A DNA stretch of 64,000 bases, taken from positions 68,135 to 132,134 of the forward strand of contig CAWDUR010000033.1 in the NCBI GenBank assembly GCA_963805585.1, written 5' to 3'. Shown here piece by piece: positions 8,780 to 16,779 of the stretch (position 1 is the stretch's first letter; each line of letters opens with the position of its first letter). A program made the translations under genes and the position numbers. Source of the DNA: an uncultured Chloroflexia bacterium (GTDB lineage Bacteria; Chloroflexota; Limnocylindria; Limnocylindrales; CSP1-4). The notes beneath the pieces were generated by a model. The model was not told where the DNA came from, searched no databases, and saw only the letters and a list, made by a program, of their open reading frames with translations.

Positions 8780-10060
8780 TCAGACTCCAGCGGCTCGCAC
8801 GTTGCCCAGCGCGGCCTCAGCCTCTGCCACGCGGGCCAGGATGGCGTCTCGCATCTGGTCCAGGCCGGCGTTGATGGCATTGCTGGCGGTGGCGATGGTG
8901 GTGAGACGGGTCTTCAGGGCGCGCAGGGCCTCCAGCTCGGGGCTGATGCGCGCGAGAGCCTCCCTGACCACGGCCGCCTCGACCTCGGTGGCGGCCTCGC
9001 GGACCGTGCTGACGGCCAGCAATCGGGCCAGTCGAAGGGCGGCCTCCAGCGTGGCTGGCTCTGGCGCCTGCGGATCGAGGGCACAGAAGACGCTGCCCTG
9101 GCGCACGTCGAATGGTGCGATGCCGGCGGGCGCATGGGTGGTGCTGAAGACGACGAGGGCCACGGCCGCGTCCCTGTTGCGCCGTGCCTCCTCCAGCTCC
9201 TCACGCATGGCCCGACCGGAGATGGAGCGATCCTTGCACTCGACGACGACCCGCAGGCAGGCGCCGTTGACGGTCCTTGGGTCCAGCGTGATGACGAAGT
9301 CCCCTTTGCGAGAGCGCAGCATGTCTCCGGCGGCGTCCGAGGTGCGTTCCAGCAGGTGGTCCGTGCCGCGCAGCGAGTGAGCCAGGAGGTCCTCGATGAG
9401 GTCTTCGAAGTCCGCGCCCTTGGCGGCCGACCGCGCCCGCTCGCTGGCACGAGCATTGGCGGCGGCCTCGATGGCCGCGAGCCGTTCGTTGAGCTGCTCG
9501 AATCCTTTCGACACCTCCGTGCGGAACTGGTGCAGTGGCGAGCCGAGTCGCGTGGGGTCGAGCAGCTGCGCCAGGCGGGACGCGTCACCGTCGAAGTAGC
9601 TGCCCAGTAGCAGGCGCATCCGGCCGATGGCGGAGTCCCGCCGCTCCCCGTCGAAGAGGTCGCGGGTGAAGGTGCGCAGCTCGCCCCGGTCGCCCAGGAA
9701 GGCCTCCAGCGTGCGCGGCAGGCGGCCCTCGACGTCCGCGAAGTTGGCGCGCAGGATCTCATCCACCTGGGCTGCGACCCGGTCGTTCATGGCCTCGGCC
9801 TGGCGCATCATGGCCTCGAACTCGCGGCGCACCAGGTCCACGTCCAGCGAGGCACCGGCGTCCTGCAGCGCGATCAGCCCGATGCGGATGGCCCGCGCCA
9901 GCAGCGCCGCATGGTCGGCCTCCGGGCGAGTGCGCATGAACGTCGCCAGGCCTGTATCGGCGATGGTGAGGTTCTCGACGAGGATGTGCTCCCCGGATAC
10001 CTGGACGCGCTCCCTGGCGCGCCCGGCGGCCGGCAACTGGAGGAGGGTGGCTGCTTCCAT
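8780..10060 (-). CDS. Coiled-coil protein with a C-terminal PD-(D/E)xK nuclease-like core (DUF2130/RmuC-like architecture)
   Basis: Intact 426-aa ORF with a long helical N-half. It then has KGADFEDLIEDLLAHSL...RKGDFVITLD...LRVVVECKDRS...NRDAAVALVVFS, the KG.xFE / D / ExK / hydrophobic-strand order of restriction-endonuclease-fold proteins. Confidence 0.5.
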   Translation of the reverse strand: MEAATLLQLPAAGRARERVQVSGEHILVENLTIADTGLATFMRTRPEADHAALLARAIRIGLIALQDAGASLDVDLVRREFEAMMRQAEAMNDRVAAQVDEILRANFADVEGRLPRTLEAFLGDRGELRTFTRDLFDGERRDSAIGRMRLLLGSYFDGDASRLAQLLDPTRLGSPLHQFRTEVSKGFEQLNERLAAIEAAANARASERARSAAKGADFEDLIEDLLAHSLRGTDHLLERTSDAAGDMLRSRKGDFVITLDPRTVNGACLRVVVECKDRSISGRAMREELEEARRNRDAAVALVVFSTTHAPAGIAPFDVRQGSVFCALDPQAPEPATLEAALRLARLLAVSTVREAATEVEAAVVREALARISPELEALRALKTRLTTIATASNAINAGLDQMRDAILARVAEAEAALGNVRAAGV

Positions 10061-10122
10061 GTCGGCATGCTCGGGTGCGGGCGTGCCAGCTTGGGTGGCA
10101 CGGACTCGGTAGGCTGGTCGAG

Positions 10123-10663
10123 ATGAGGGTCATCCTGGCCCCGGGCGCCTCCGGGCGGCCGGGCTCGATGGAGCCGCACGTGCAGGGCCTGGCCGAGCGC
10201 GGCATCAGCGCCACGGCCATCGTCCTGCCGCTGCGGAGGGCGGAGGCGGCTGTGGGAGCCTACCGCACAGGCCGTCGCGTCGGTCGTGCCACCGGATGAG
10301 CGCCCCATCATCGGTGGCCAGTCGTACGGCGGACGGGTCGCCAGCCTGCTCGCGGCCGCCGACGTTGGCGCATACGCCGGGCTGGTGTGCTTCAGCTACC
10401 CGCTCCACCGCCCGGGCGATCCTGATTGGCTGGCCCGCACCGCCCATTGGCCGTCGCTGCACCTGCCCGTGCTGCTCCTGTCCGGCGAGGCCGATCCCTT
10501 CGCTCGCGTCGATCTCCTGCGACGGGCATGCCAGGAGCGGCTGGCCAGCGCGGAGCTGGTCACGTACCCGGGTGTCGGCCACGCACTGCGACCGGTCCTG
10601 TCGGACGCGCTCGACCGCGTGGCGGCCTTCGCCAGGACCGTCGCGCGCACCGGCGACCGCTAG
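10123..10663 (+). CDS. Alpha/beta hydrolase (dienelactone-hydrolase / KANL3-Tex30-like); one frame break near 10240-10290
   Basis: [36 protein letters not shown] (ATG 10123, ORF 10075..10299) continues in ORF 10286..10663. That ORF carries the nucleophile elbow [14 protein letters not shown], plus [10 protein letters not shown] and YPGVGHAL. Confidence 0.7.
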
Positions 10664-11580
10664 TCCGTCCTCGGAGTGCGGGCCGCTCGGCGCAGCACAG
10701 GACCGGCCGGTGGCACGCGCAACGACGAGCCCACCGGCATGACGCGCACGATCGTCTGCGGAGACATGCGTCGCACCAGTTGGGCGAACTGGTGCGGCGG
10801 GTCGATGCGGGTCGACGGCCGCATCCATCGAAAGCCGAGCGGATGGAGCGTGCCCCAGTGGATGGGCACCGCGTAGCGAGGCTGGATGGCGGCCACGGCT
10901 CGCGCTGCACCAAAGGGGTCAAGATGCTCGCCAGGCTTGGCCGTCGGTCCCCAGCCCCAGACGGGCAGCAGCGCCAGGTCGAGGCCGACGCCCAGGTCGG
11001 CCATGCCCGGGAAGAAGGCGGTGTCGCCCGCGAAGTAGTAGTGCTGCGAGCCGTGGATGATGAAGCCGAGAGATCGCTCGGTGCCGCCCACGGGCGGGCC
11101 GAAGCCACGGTGCTCAGCATGCACGGCTTCCACGTGGACCCCTGCCACCTGGACGTCGTCACCGACGTCTACTTCCGTGACACGCAGGAAGCCGCGCCGG
11201 CGCAGACCCGTCCCCATGCCCCGTGGCACGACGAGGCTCGTCTCCGTCCCCAGCATGCGCAGCGAACCGTGATCGAGGTGATCCCAGTGCGAATGCGAGA
11301 TGAGCACCACGTCCGCGCCCGTCCAGTGTGCCTCTTCGACTGGTCCTCGCATGCGCACCAACGGTCCGACGCGGCTACGCAGGATGGGGTCGGTGAGGAT
11401 ACGCACCCCGTCCATGTCGATGACGATCGTGGCGTGCCCGAGGAACGTCACCTGCGGGTCGGCATCACGATCCATGCTGCCAGTATCGTCCAACGCGCGG
11501 GCCGCCATCGGAGCTACCATCGGGACGTGGTCGGCCAAGACGTGATCCGCAGCGCACCCAAGGTGTTGCTCCACGACCAT
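10660..11580 (-). CDS. MBL-fold metallo-hydrolase
   Basis: 306-aa ORF with [22 protein letters not shown] and the HxHxDH motif ([10 protein letters not shown]), later FAGDTAF. The true start is probably internal (ATGs at about 11475-11520), because the track start overlaps the divergent add gene. Confidence 0.8.
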   Translation of the reverse strand: MVVEQHLGCAADHVLADHVPMVAPMAARALDDTGSMDRDADPQVTFLGHATIVIDMDGVRILTDPILRSRVGPLVRMRGPVEEAHWTGADVVLISHSHWDHLDHGSLRMLGTETSLVVPRGMGTGLRRRGFLRVTEVDVGDDVQVAGVHVEAVHAEHRGFGPPVGGTERSLGFIIHGSQHYYFAGDTAFFPGMADLGVGLDLALLPVWGWGPTAKPGEHLDPFGAARAVAAIQPRYAVPIHWGTLHPLGFRWMRPSTRIDPPHQFAQLVRRMSPQTIVRVMPVGSSLRVPPAGPVLRRAARTPRTD

Positions 11581-12642
11581 CTCGACGGAGGGCTGCGCCC
11601 GCAGACGGTCATCGACCTGGCGCAGGACTCGGGCTACGTTGACCTGCCCACGGAGGACCCCGGGGAGCTGGGACGCTGGTTCCGATCAGGCGCGGACCGC
11701 AAGTCCCTCGAGCTGTACCTCGAGGGGTTCCGGCACACCGTGGCCGTCATGCAGACGCCGCGAGGCCATCGCCCGGGTGGCCTCTGAGTGTGCCCAGGAC
11801 CTGGCCGCCGACGGCATCGTCTACGCGGAGGTCCGCTACGCGCCCGGAGCTGTCCACCCAGGGGGGCCTCTCCCTGGACGCCGTCATGGAGGCGTGGCTG
11901 GCGGGCTTCGAGCAGGGTGCTGCGGCCGCCGCACGCAGCCGGACGCCCCATCGTCATCCGCGCCATCGTGACGGCCATGCGCCAGTTCGCCCGATCGGTC
12001 GAGATCGCCGAGCTGTCCGTTCGCTACCGCGACCATGGCGTGGTGGGTTTCGACATCGCCGGGCCGGAGGCAGGCTTCCCGCCCAGCCGCCATCTGGATG
12101 CCTTCCAGCTCATCCACCATGCCAACTTCCACGTCACCATCCACGCCGGTGAGGCCTTCGGCCTGCCCTCCATCTGGGAGGCGCTCCAGTGGTGCGGCGC
12201 GGAACGCCTGGGACATGGAGTGCGCATCGTGGACGACATCACGGTCGATCCGGACGGCGAGATCACGCATGGGCCGACTTGCCCAGTTCGTGCGCGACGT
12301 GCGCGTGCCGCTGGAGATGTGCCCCACGTCCAACGTGCACACCGGTGCCGTGCCATCCATCGAGGCGCATCCCATCGACCTCCTCCGGCGCCTCCGCTTC
12401 CGGGTCACCGTCAACACGGACAATCGCCTCATGAGCGGCGTCAGCCTGAGCGATGAGTTCGTCTCGCTGGTGGCACGACCTTCGGGCTGAGCCTGGACGA
12501 GATGCAATGGCTGTCCACGAACGCCATGAAGTCCTCCTTCCTGGCCTTCGACGAGCGCCTGCGACTCATCAACGGCGTCATCAAGCCGGGGTACGAGCGA
12601 CTCAAGGCCGAGCAGTTGGCGCGCTCCCCGACACTCGTCTAG
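11542..12642 (+). CDS. add: Adenosine deaminase; reading frame broken at least five times as assembled
   Basis: Pieces in successive frames: [27 protein letters not shown] (GTG 11542) / [28 protein letters not shown] / [21 protein letters not shown] / [12 protein letters not shown]...[14 protein letters not shown]...[11 protein letters not shown]...RLGHGVRI / [25 protein letters not shown]...[19 protein letters not shown] / [25 protein letters not shown] (stop 12640-12642). Confidence 0.85.
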
Positions 12643-12655
12643 CTGACTCCGCCGC

Positions 12656-12805
12656 TCAGGCGGCCAGGTCCGATCGTGTCTCCGAGTCGTCCGCGAGACG
12701 CACCGTCGTGCCACAGGATGGGCACTCCAGTTCCTCGATGGACCCGAAGGCGGCCAGCGACAGCTCAGCGTCCTCGTCGCACCAGGGGCAAGCGACCGTC
12801 ATCAT
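12656..12805 (-). CDS. Small zinc-ribbon protein (49 aa, CxxC...CxxC)
   Basis: An internal ATG-ATG at 12805 is preceded by GGAGG. It gives MMTVACPWCDEDAELSLAAFGSIEELECPSCGTTVRLADDSETRSDLAA. The upstream part of track ORF 12656..12949 is Arg-rich and not protein-like. Confidence 0.55.
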   Translation of the reverse strand: MMTVACPWCDEDAELSLAAFGSIEELECPSCGTTVRLADDSETRSDLAA

Positions 12806-12872
12806 CCCGGAGCACCTCCTGCGCATCCTTCCGGCTCCTTCTGCCGGCCGGCTCGCGCAGAGACTCTCGGTC

Positions 12873-12899
12873 GGTCGTGCCAGCTTGCCTGGCACGACC
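12873..12899. other. Perfect 11-bp inverted repeat with a 5-nt spacer (GGTCGTGCCAG cttgc CTGGCACGACC) in a divergent intergenic region
   Basis: Read directly from the sequence. No U-tract on either side. It lies about 70 nt upstream of the zinc-ribbon gene and about 260 nt upstream of the S41 peptidase gene. Confidence 0.4.
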
Positions 12900-13155
12900 C
12901 CACGATCGGACATGCAAGAGCCCGGCTGGACCGCCGCTGCGGATCCCAAGTGACTGGCGGACCAGCCTCTCCGGTTCCGTTTCGAGGGCCCCTCCGGGCT
13001 GATGAGTACGCTAGGGTGGCGGGTCCGTCAGGGCAAGGGCCTTATCCACCAGTTTCGGCCGCTGGATGCGACCTTGTCCACGATCGATCCACACCCGGCA
13101 GGCCACGCCCCACGCAGGCCGCGCCCTTCGTGGGCAGACTGGGGCGCTCTGGTCG

Positions 13156-14464
13156 ATGATGGCGGGCGACATGTCACTCCCGGTCATCGTCCTCGCAACC
13201 GCGCCGCCCGGCACTGCCGCGCGTCGCCCGGCCAGACTCGGGCTGCTGGGGGCGATCGCCGGCGCAGCGTTCCTGGTGGCGGTCGTCCTGGGTGCCCTGG
13301 CGCCGGCGGCACTGGCGCAGTCCGCAGAGCCGGAAGCATCGCCGTCCCTCGACCCTGTGCTCATGGCCGAGGCCCTCCGGCATCCTGGGCGATCACTACG
13401 TCGACGAGGATGCCCTGACCACGCCGGACCTCACGGCTGGGGCCATCCGCGGCATGCTCGAGGCGCTCGGGGACGAGGGGCACACGGAGTACCTCACGGC
13501 AGAGGAATACGCGGCAGAACGGGACGCCTTGGACGGACGCGTCCTGGGCATCGGTGTGGTCCTCGACCAGCGTTCCCGGGCACCGCTCATCATCTCGGTC
13601 ATCGACGGCTCGCCGGCCGATCGTGCCGGCCTCCGGGCGGGCGACGTCATCAGCAGTGTCGATGACGTGGAGGCGTCACGCCTGCCGCTCGACGACCTCG
13701 TCAGCCTGGTCCGCGGGGCGGCCGGTAGCCGCGTTCACCTTGGTGTGGAACGGCCGGGTGAGCCGGAGCGGCTCGAGTTCGACATCGTCCGCGAGGACGT
13801 CGACGTCGAGCCGGCGAGCTGGGCCCGGGTGCCCGGCAGCGATGTCGCGGTCGTGCGCATCGTGCAGTTCTCGCAGGCAGCCGGAGAGCGCGTCCGGGCG
13901 GCCATCGAGGCCGCGCTGGCCGACGGCGCCGGCGGTATCGTGCTCGACCTGCGTGGCAACCCCGGGGGACTGGTGCAGGAGGCCCTGGAGGTGGCGTCCG
14001 CCTTCCTGGACGGCGGCGTGGGCTACCAGGAAGCGGGCCGAGATGCGACCGCACGCGACGTGCTCATCCCGACGGGCCGCGTCATCGCTGCGGACATCCC
14101 GGTGAACGTGTTGGTCGACTACGCGACGGCCAGCAGCGCTGAGATCCTGGCGGCGGCCCTGCGGGACAACGGACGTGCTGCCATCGTGGGTGAGCCGACC
14201 TACGGCACCGGCACGGTGCTGAACACGTTCGCTCTTTCCGACGGCTCGGCCCTCAAGGTTGGCGTACGTTCCTGGCTGACCCCACGCGGAGCGACCGTCT
14301 TCCGCGTCGGTGTCCAACCTGACCACGATGTCGAGGCGGCACCCGGCGTGGCTTTGCTGCGGCCTGCCGACCTGGTGGGTATGACGACCGAGGCCTTCAC
14401 CGCCAGCGGCGACCTCGCCCTGCGTCGGGCCGTCGGTCTGCTGGAGCCCCTGGCCGCCGGCTAG
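13156..14464 (+). CDS. S41-family C-terminal processing peptidase (Ctp/Prc-like) with a PDZ domain; one frame break near 13385
   Basis: MMAGDMSLPVIVLA...LGLLGAIAGAAFLVAVVLGALAP (ATG 13156, ORF 13066..13665) continues in ORF 13292..14464. That ORF has the PDZ (LGIGVVLD...VIDGSPADRAGLRAGDVI) and the catalytic block (IVLDLRGNPGGLV...VLVDYATASSAEILAAALRD). Confidence 0.85.
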
Positions 14465-14559
14465 GTCGCCCGACCTCCGGGACCTTGGTCCTGTTGTCCG
14501 CGCGCACCGCGCCGGGCAGGCTTGGCTGGACCTGTCCAGCCAAGAGCGATGGAGGATCC

Positions 14560-15393
14560 GTGCCCGACCGCGCCCGCGTGCCCGTGCGGCGAATGCTGCC
14601 TGTCGCCGTCGCCTCGACGCTCCTCCTGGGGCTGCTGGCAGCAGGCCTGCTCAGTGCCGTCGGCGCCGCCCCGGCCGTAGCCGGCGATGCGTCACGGCGG
14701 GACCAGGTGCGCTTCATGTGGGCCATGGCGGGCCAGGAGTCGGGCTGGGACTACTTCGCCCGCAACGCCTCGTCGGGGGCCTTCGGGAAGTACCAGATCA
14801 TGCCCTTCAACTGGCCGGTCTGGGCTGCGCAGTACCTGGGCGATGCTCGCGCCGACCAGACGCCCTGGAACCAGGAGATGGTCGCCCACGGCAAGCTTCG
14901 CGACCTCTACGGCTGGCTCGGCTCCTGGAAGCGCGTGGCCTACTGGTGGCTGACCGGACGGACGGATCGGAACGAGCGGCGCTGGTCGGCCTACGCCCGG
15001 GGCTACGTCGAGAACATCATGCGTCTGCGCGCTCAGGCGCCCGCCGATGCGGGCGACCTGCCCGTGCGCACGAGCTCGCGCGCTGACCGAGGTGACTGGC
15101 GACGGGCGGCGCAGGACGTGAGGCTACGGTCCCGGCCGGCGGGATCGCCCTGGCGCCGGGGAGGGCGGGTCCGGGAGGGCGCGGTCGTCTGGGTGCATCG
15201 TGCGGCCGTGAGGGGCGGGCGCGTGCGCTGGATCGGCGTGACGACGCACGACGGTCGGTTCGGTTGGCTGCCACAAGCACGCTCACTGCCGTCGGCGCGG
15301 CCCCCGGGAGGGCGGGCCTGGCACGACATCCGCGATCGAGGAGGTCCTGAGGCGGCGGTGGACCGTCGTCAAGTGCGCCCGCGCCCACGTTGA
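14560..15393 (+). CDS. Secreted lytic-transglycosylase-like protein with a C-terminal SH3b-like domain
   Basis: GTG 14560 is preceded by GGAGG. Signal: MLPVAVASTLLLGLLAAGLLSAVGAAPAVA. SLT-like: AMAGQESGWDYFARNASSGAFGKYQIMPFNW. C-terminal: DVRLRSRPAG...VWVH...RWIGVTTHDGRFGWLPQARSL. Confidence 0.65.
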   Translation: MPDRARVPVRRMLPVAVASTLLLGLLAAGLLSAVGAAPAVAGDASRRDQVRFMWAMAGQESGWDYFARNASSGAFGKYQIMPFNWPVWAAQYLGDARADQTPWNQEMVAHGKLRDLYGWLGSWKRVAYWWLTGRTDRNERRWSAYARGYVENIMRLRAQAPADAGDLPVRTSSRADRGDWRRAAQDVRLRSRPAGSPWRRGGRVREGAVVWVHRAAVRGGRVRWIGVTTHDGRFGWLPQARSLPSARPPGGRAWHDIRDRGGPEAAVDRRQVRPRPR

Positions 15394-15416
15394 GCGGCCC
15401 GAAGGGGCCGCCCTCG

Positions 15417-16634
15417 CTACCCGACCTCGACGATGCGGTAGTGGATCTCGGCGGCGGGCGTGGTGACCGTGACCTCCTCTCCGGCGCGGCGGCCGAGAAG
15501 CGCGCGTCCGACCGGCGACGCCGCGCTGATCCGACCGCTTGCGGGGTCTGCCTCCGCCGAGCCGACGATGGTGAGTTCGCCGCTGGAACCGTCCACCTCG
15601 TAGCGCACACGTGACCCGAGGGCCACGGAGGTGCGCGTCTCGGAGCGGATGACGACCGCTGTCCTGAGGCGCCGCTCAAGCTCCTGGATGCGGCCCTCGA
15701 GGAACGACTGCTCGTTCCGCGCGGCTTCGTAATCGGCGTTCTCTCGGAGGTCGCCCAGTTCACGCGCGTGCTTGATGCGATCCACCACCTGCGGCCGTTC
15801 GATCTCGCGGAGTCGCTCGAGTTCGGTCTGCAGGGCCGCAAGCCCATCCGCGGTGAGATGCGTCGGTTGGTCGCGGTTCGGTCCGCCGGCGCCTCCGACC
15901 GTCGACGTGGTGGCTGTCCGCCTCGCCGCGCGCGGCGGCGTGGATGGGGTCGAGGGTGCTCGCCGGCGGATGGTGGCGGAGGCGTCCGAGCGTCGAACGT
16001 TCGACGGCCTGTCAGGAGTGGCCTCAAGGCTGAGCAGCGATCCGCTCAGGCCGGTCACAGCAGCAGAGTCGGTTGCCGAGCCCAGGTTCGCCCAGGGCAG
16101 CGCCACCGGCTCGTCCGTGTGGCGAAGCGGAAGGCCCGTGGGAAGATGCTCGGCGAAGGCGCCCAGGAGGGCGTCCTCGTACTCTTCGTGCGCATCGGTC
16201 ACCGCCCACCAGATGCGCAGCCGCGGCAGGTCCCGCAGCGTCTTGAGCCAGTGTCCGCCCGGGTGGGGACGGCGATGCCCCAGCTCGGTGCCGTAGAGGG
16301 CCGCCACGCGGCCGGCGAGGCTCTTGCCGGTGCGACCCACGTAGAGCAGGCTTTGTCCTGCGATCCAGAACGACGCCAGACGGTTCGCCAGCAGGTTGGG
16401 AGTGGGCCGTTCGCCGTCGAGGCGCAGGTCCGGTACGCGCTCCAGCCAGCGCCGGACCGCGGCGAGATCGATGGGCGCTTGGGCCAGAGGAGCGTCGGTC
16501 TCGACCACGAAGACGCCCGGTGACTGGCTTGGCGGCGAGCTGCCCCAACGCGCCGGGCCATCGACGTCGAGCCCCAGGGAGCGCATCAGGCCTACGGTGG
16601 TCGTCGGGTCGGACATGCCGCAAGGGTGACACAT
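15417..16634 (-). CDS. greA: Full-length transcription elongation/cleavage factor GreA fused to a ~230-aa N-terminal domain (GIY-YIG-like, tentative)
   Basis: Intact 405-aa ORF. The C-terminal ~160 aa are canonical GreA: LTADGLAALQTELERLREIERPQVVDRIKHARELGDLRENADYEAARNEQSFLEGRIQELERRL...GSRVRYEV...TIVGSAEADPASGRISAASPVGRALLGRRAGEEVTV. The N-domain contains PGVFVV...LLYVGRTGKSLAGRVAALYG...HWLK...EEYEDALLGAF. There is no in-frame start codon near the GreA domain boundary. An alternative start lies at 16616 (MSDPTTT). Confidence 0.75.
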   Translation of the reverse strand: MCHPCGMSDPTTTVGLMRSLGLDVDGPARWGSSPPSQSPGVFVVETDAPLAQAPIDLAAVRRWLERVPDLRLDGERPTPNLLANRLASFWIAGQSLLYVGRTGKSLAGRVAALYGTELGHRRPHPGGHWLKTLRDLPRLRIWWAVTDAHEEYEDALLGAFAEHLPTGLPLRHTDEPVALPWANLGSATDSAAVTGLSGSLLSLEATPDRPSNVRRSDASATIRRRAPSTPSTPPRAARRTATTSTVGGAGGPNRDQPTHLTADGLAALQTELERLREIERPQVVDRIKHARELGDLRENADYEAARNEQSFLEGRIQELERRLRTAVVIRSETRTSVALGSRVRYEVDGSSGELTIVGSAEADPASGRISAASPVGRALLGRRAGEEVTVTTPAAEIHYRIVEVG

Positions 16635-16779
16635 GGAGCGCCATGGGCGCCTGTGAGGTCATCCGAGAGGTTCGCGCCCGGGTGGCGCTCGTCCGCCGCT
16701 GCGTCGTCGGACGGCCGCTGGGTCGTCGGACGGTAGACTGGGCAGTCACCGACCTTGCCATCCGAGGAACGCGCCGAAC

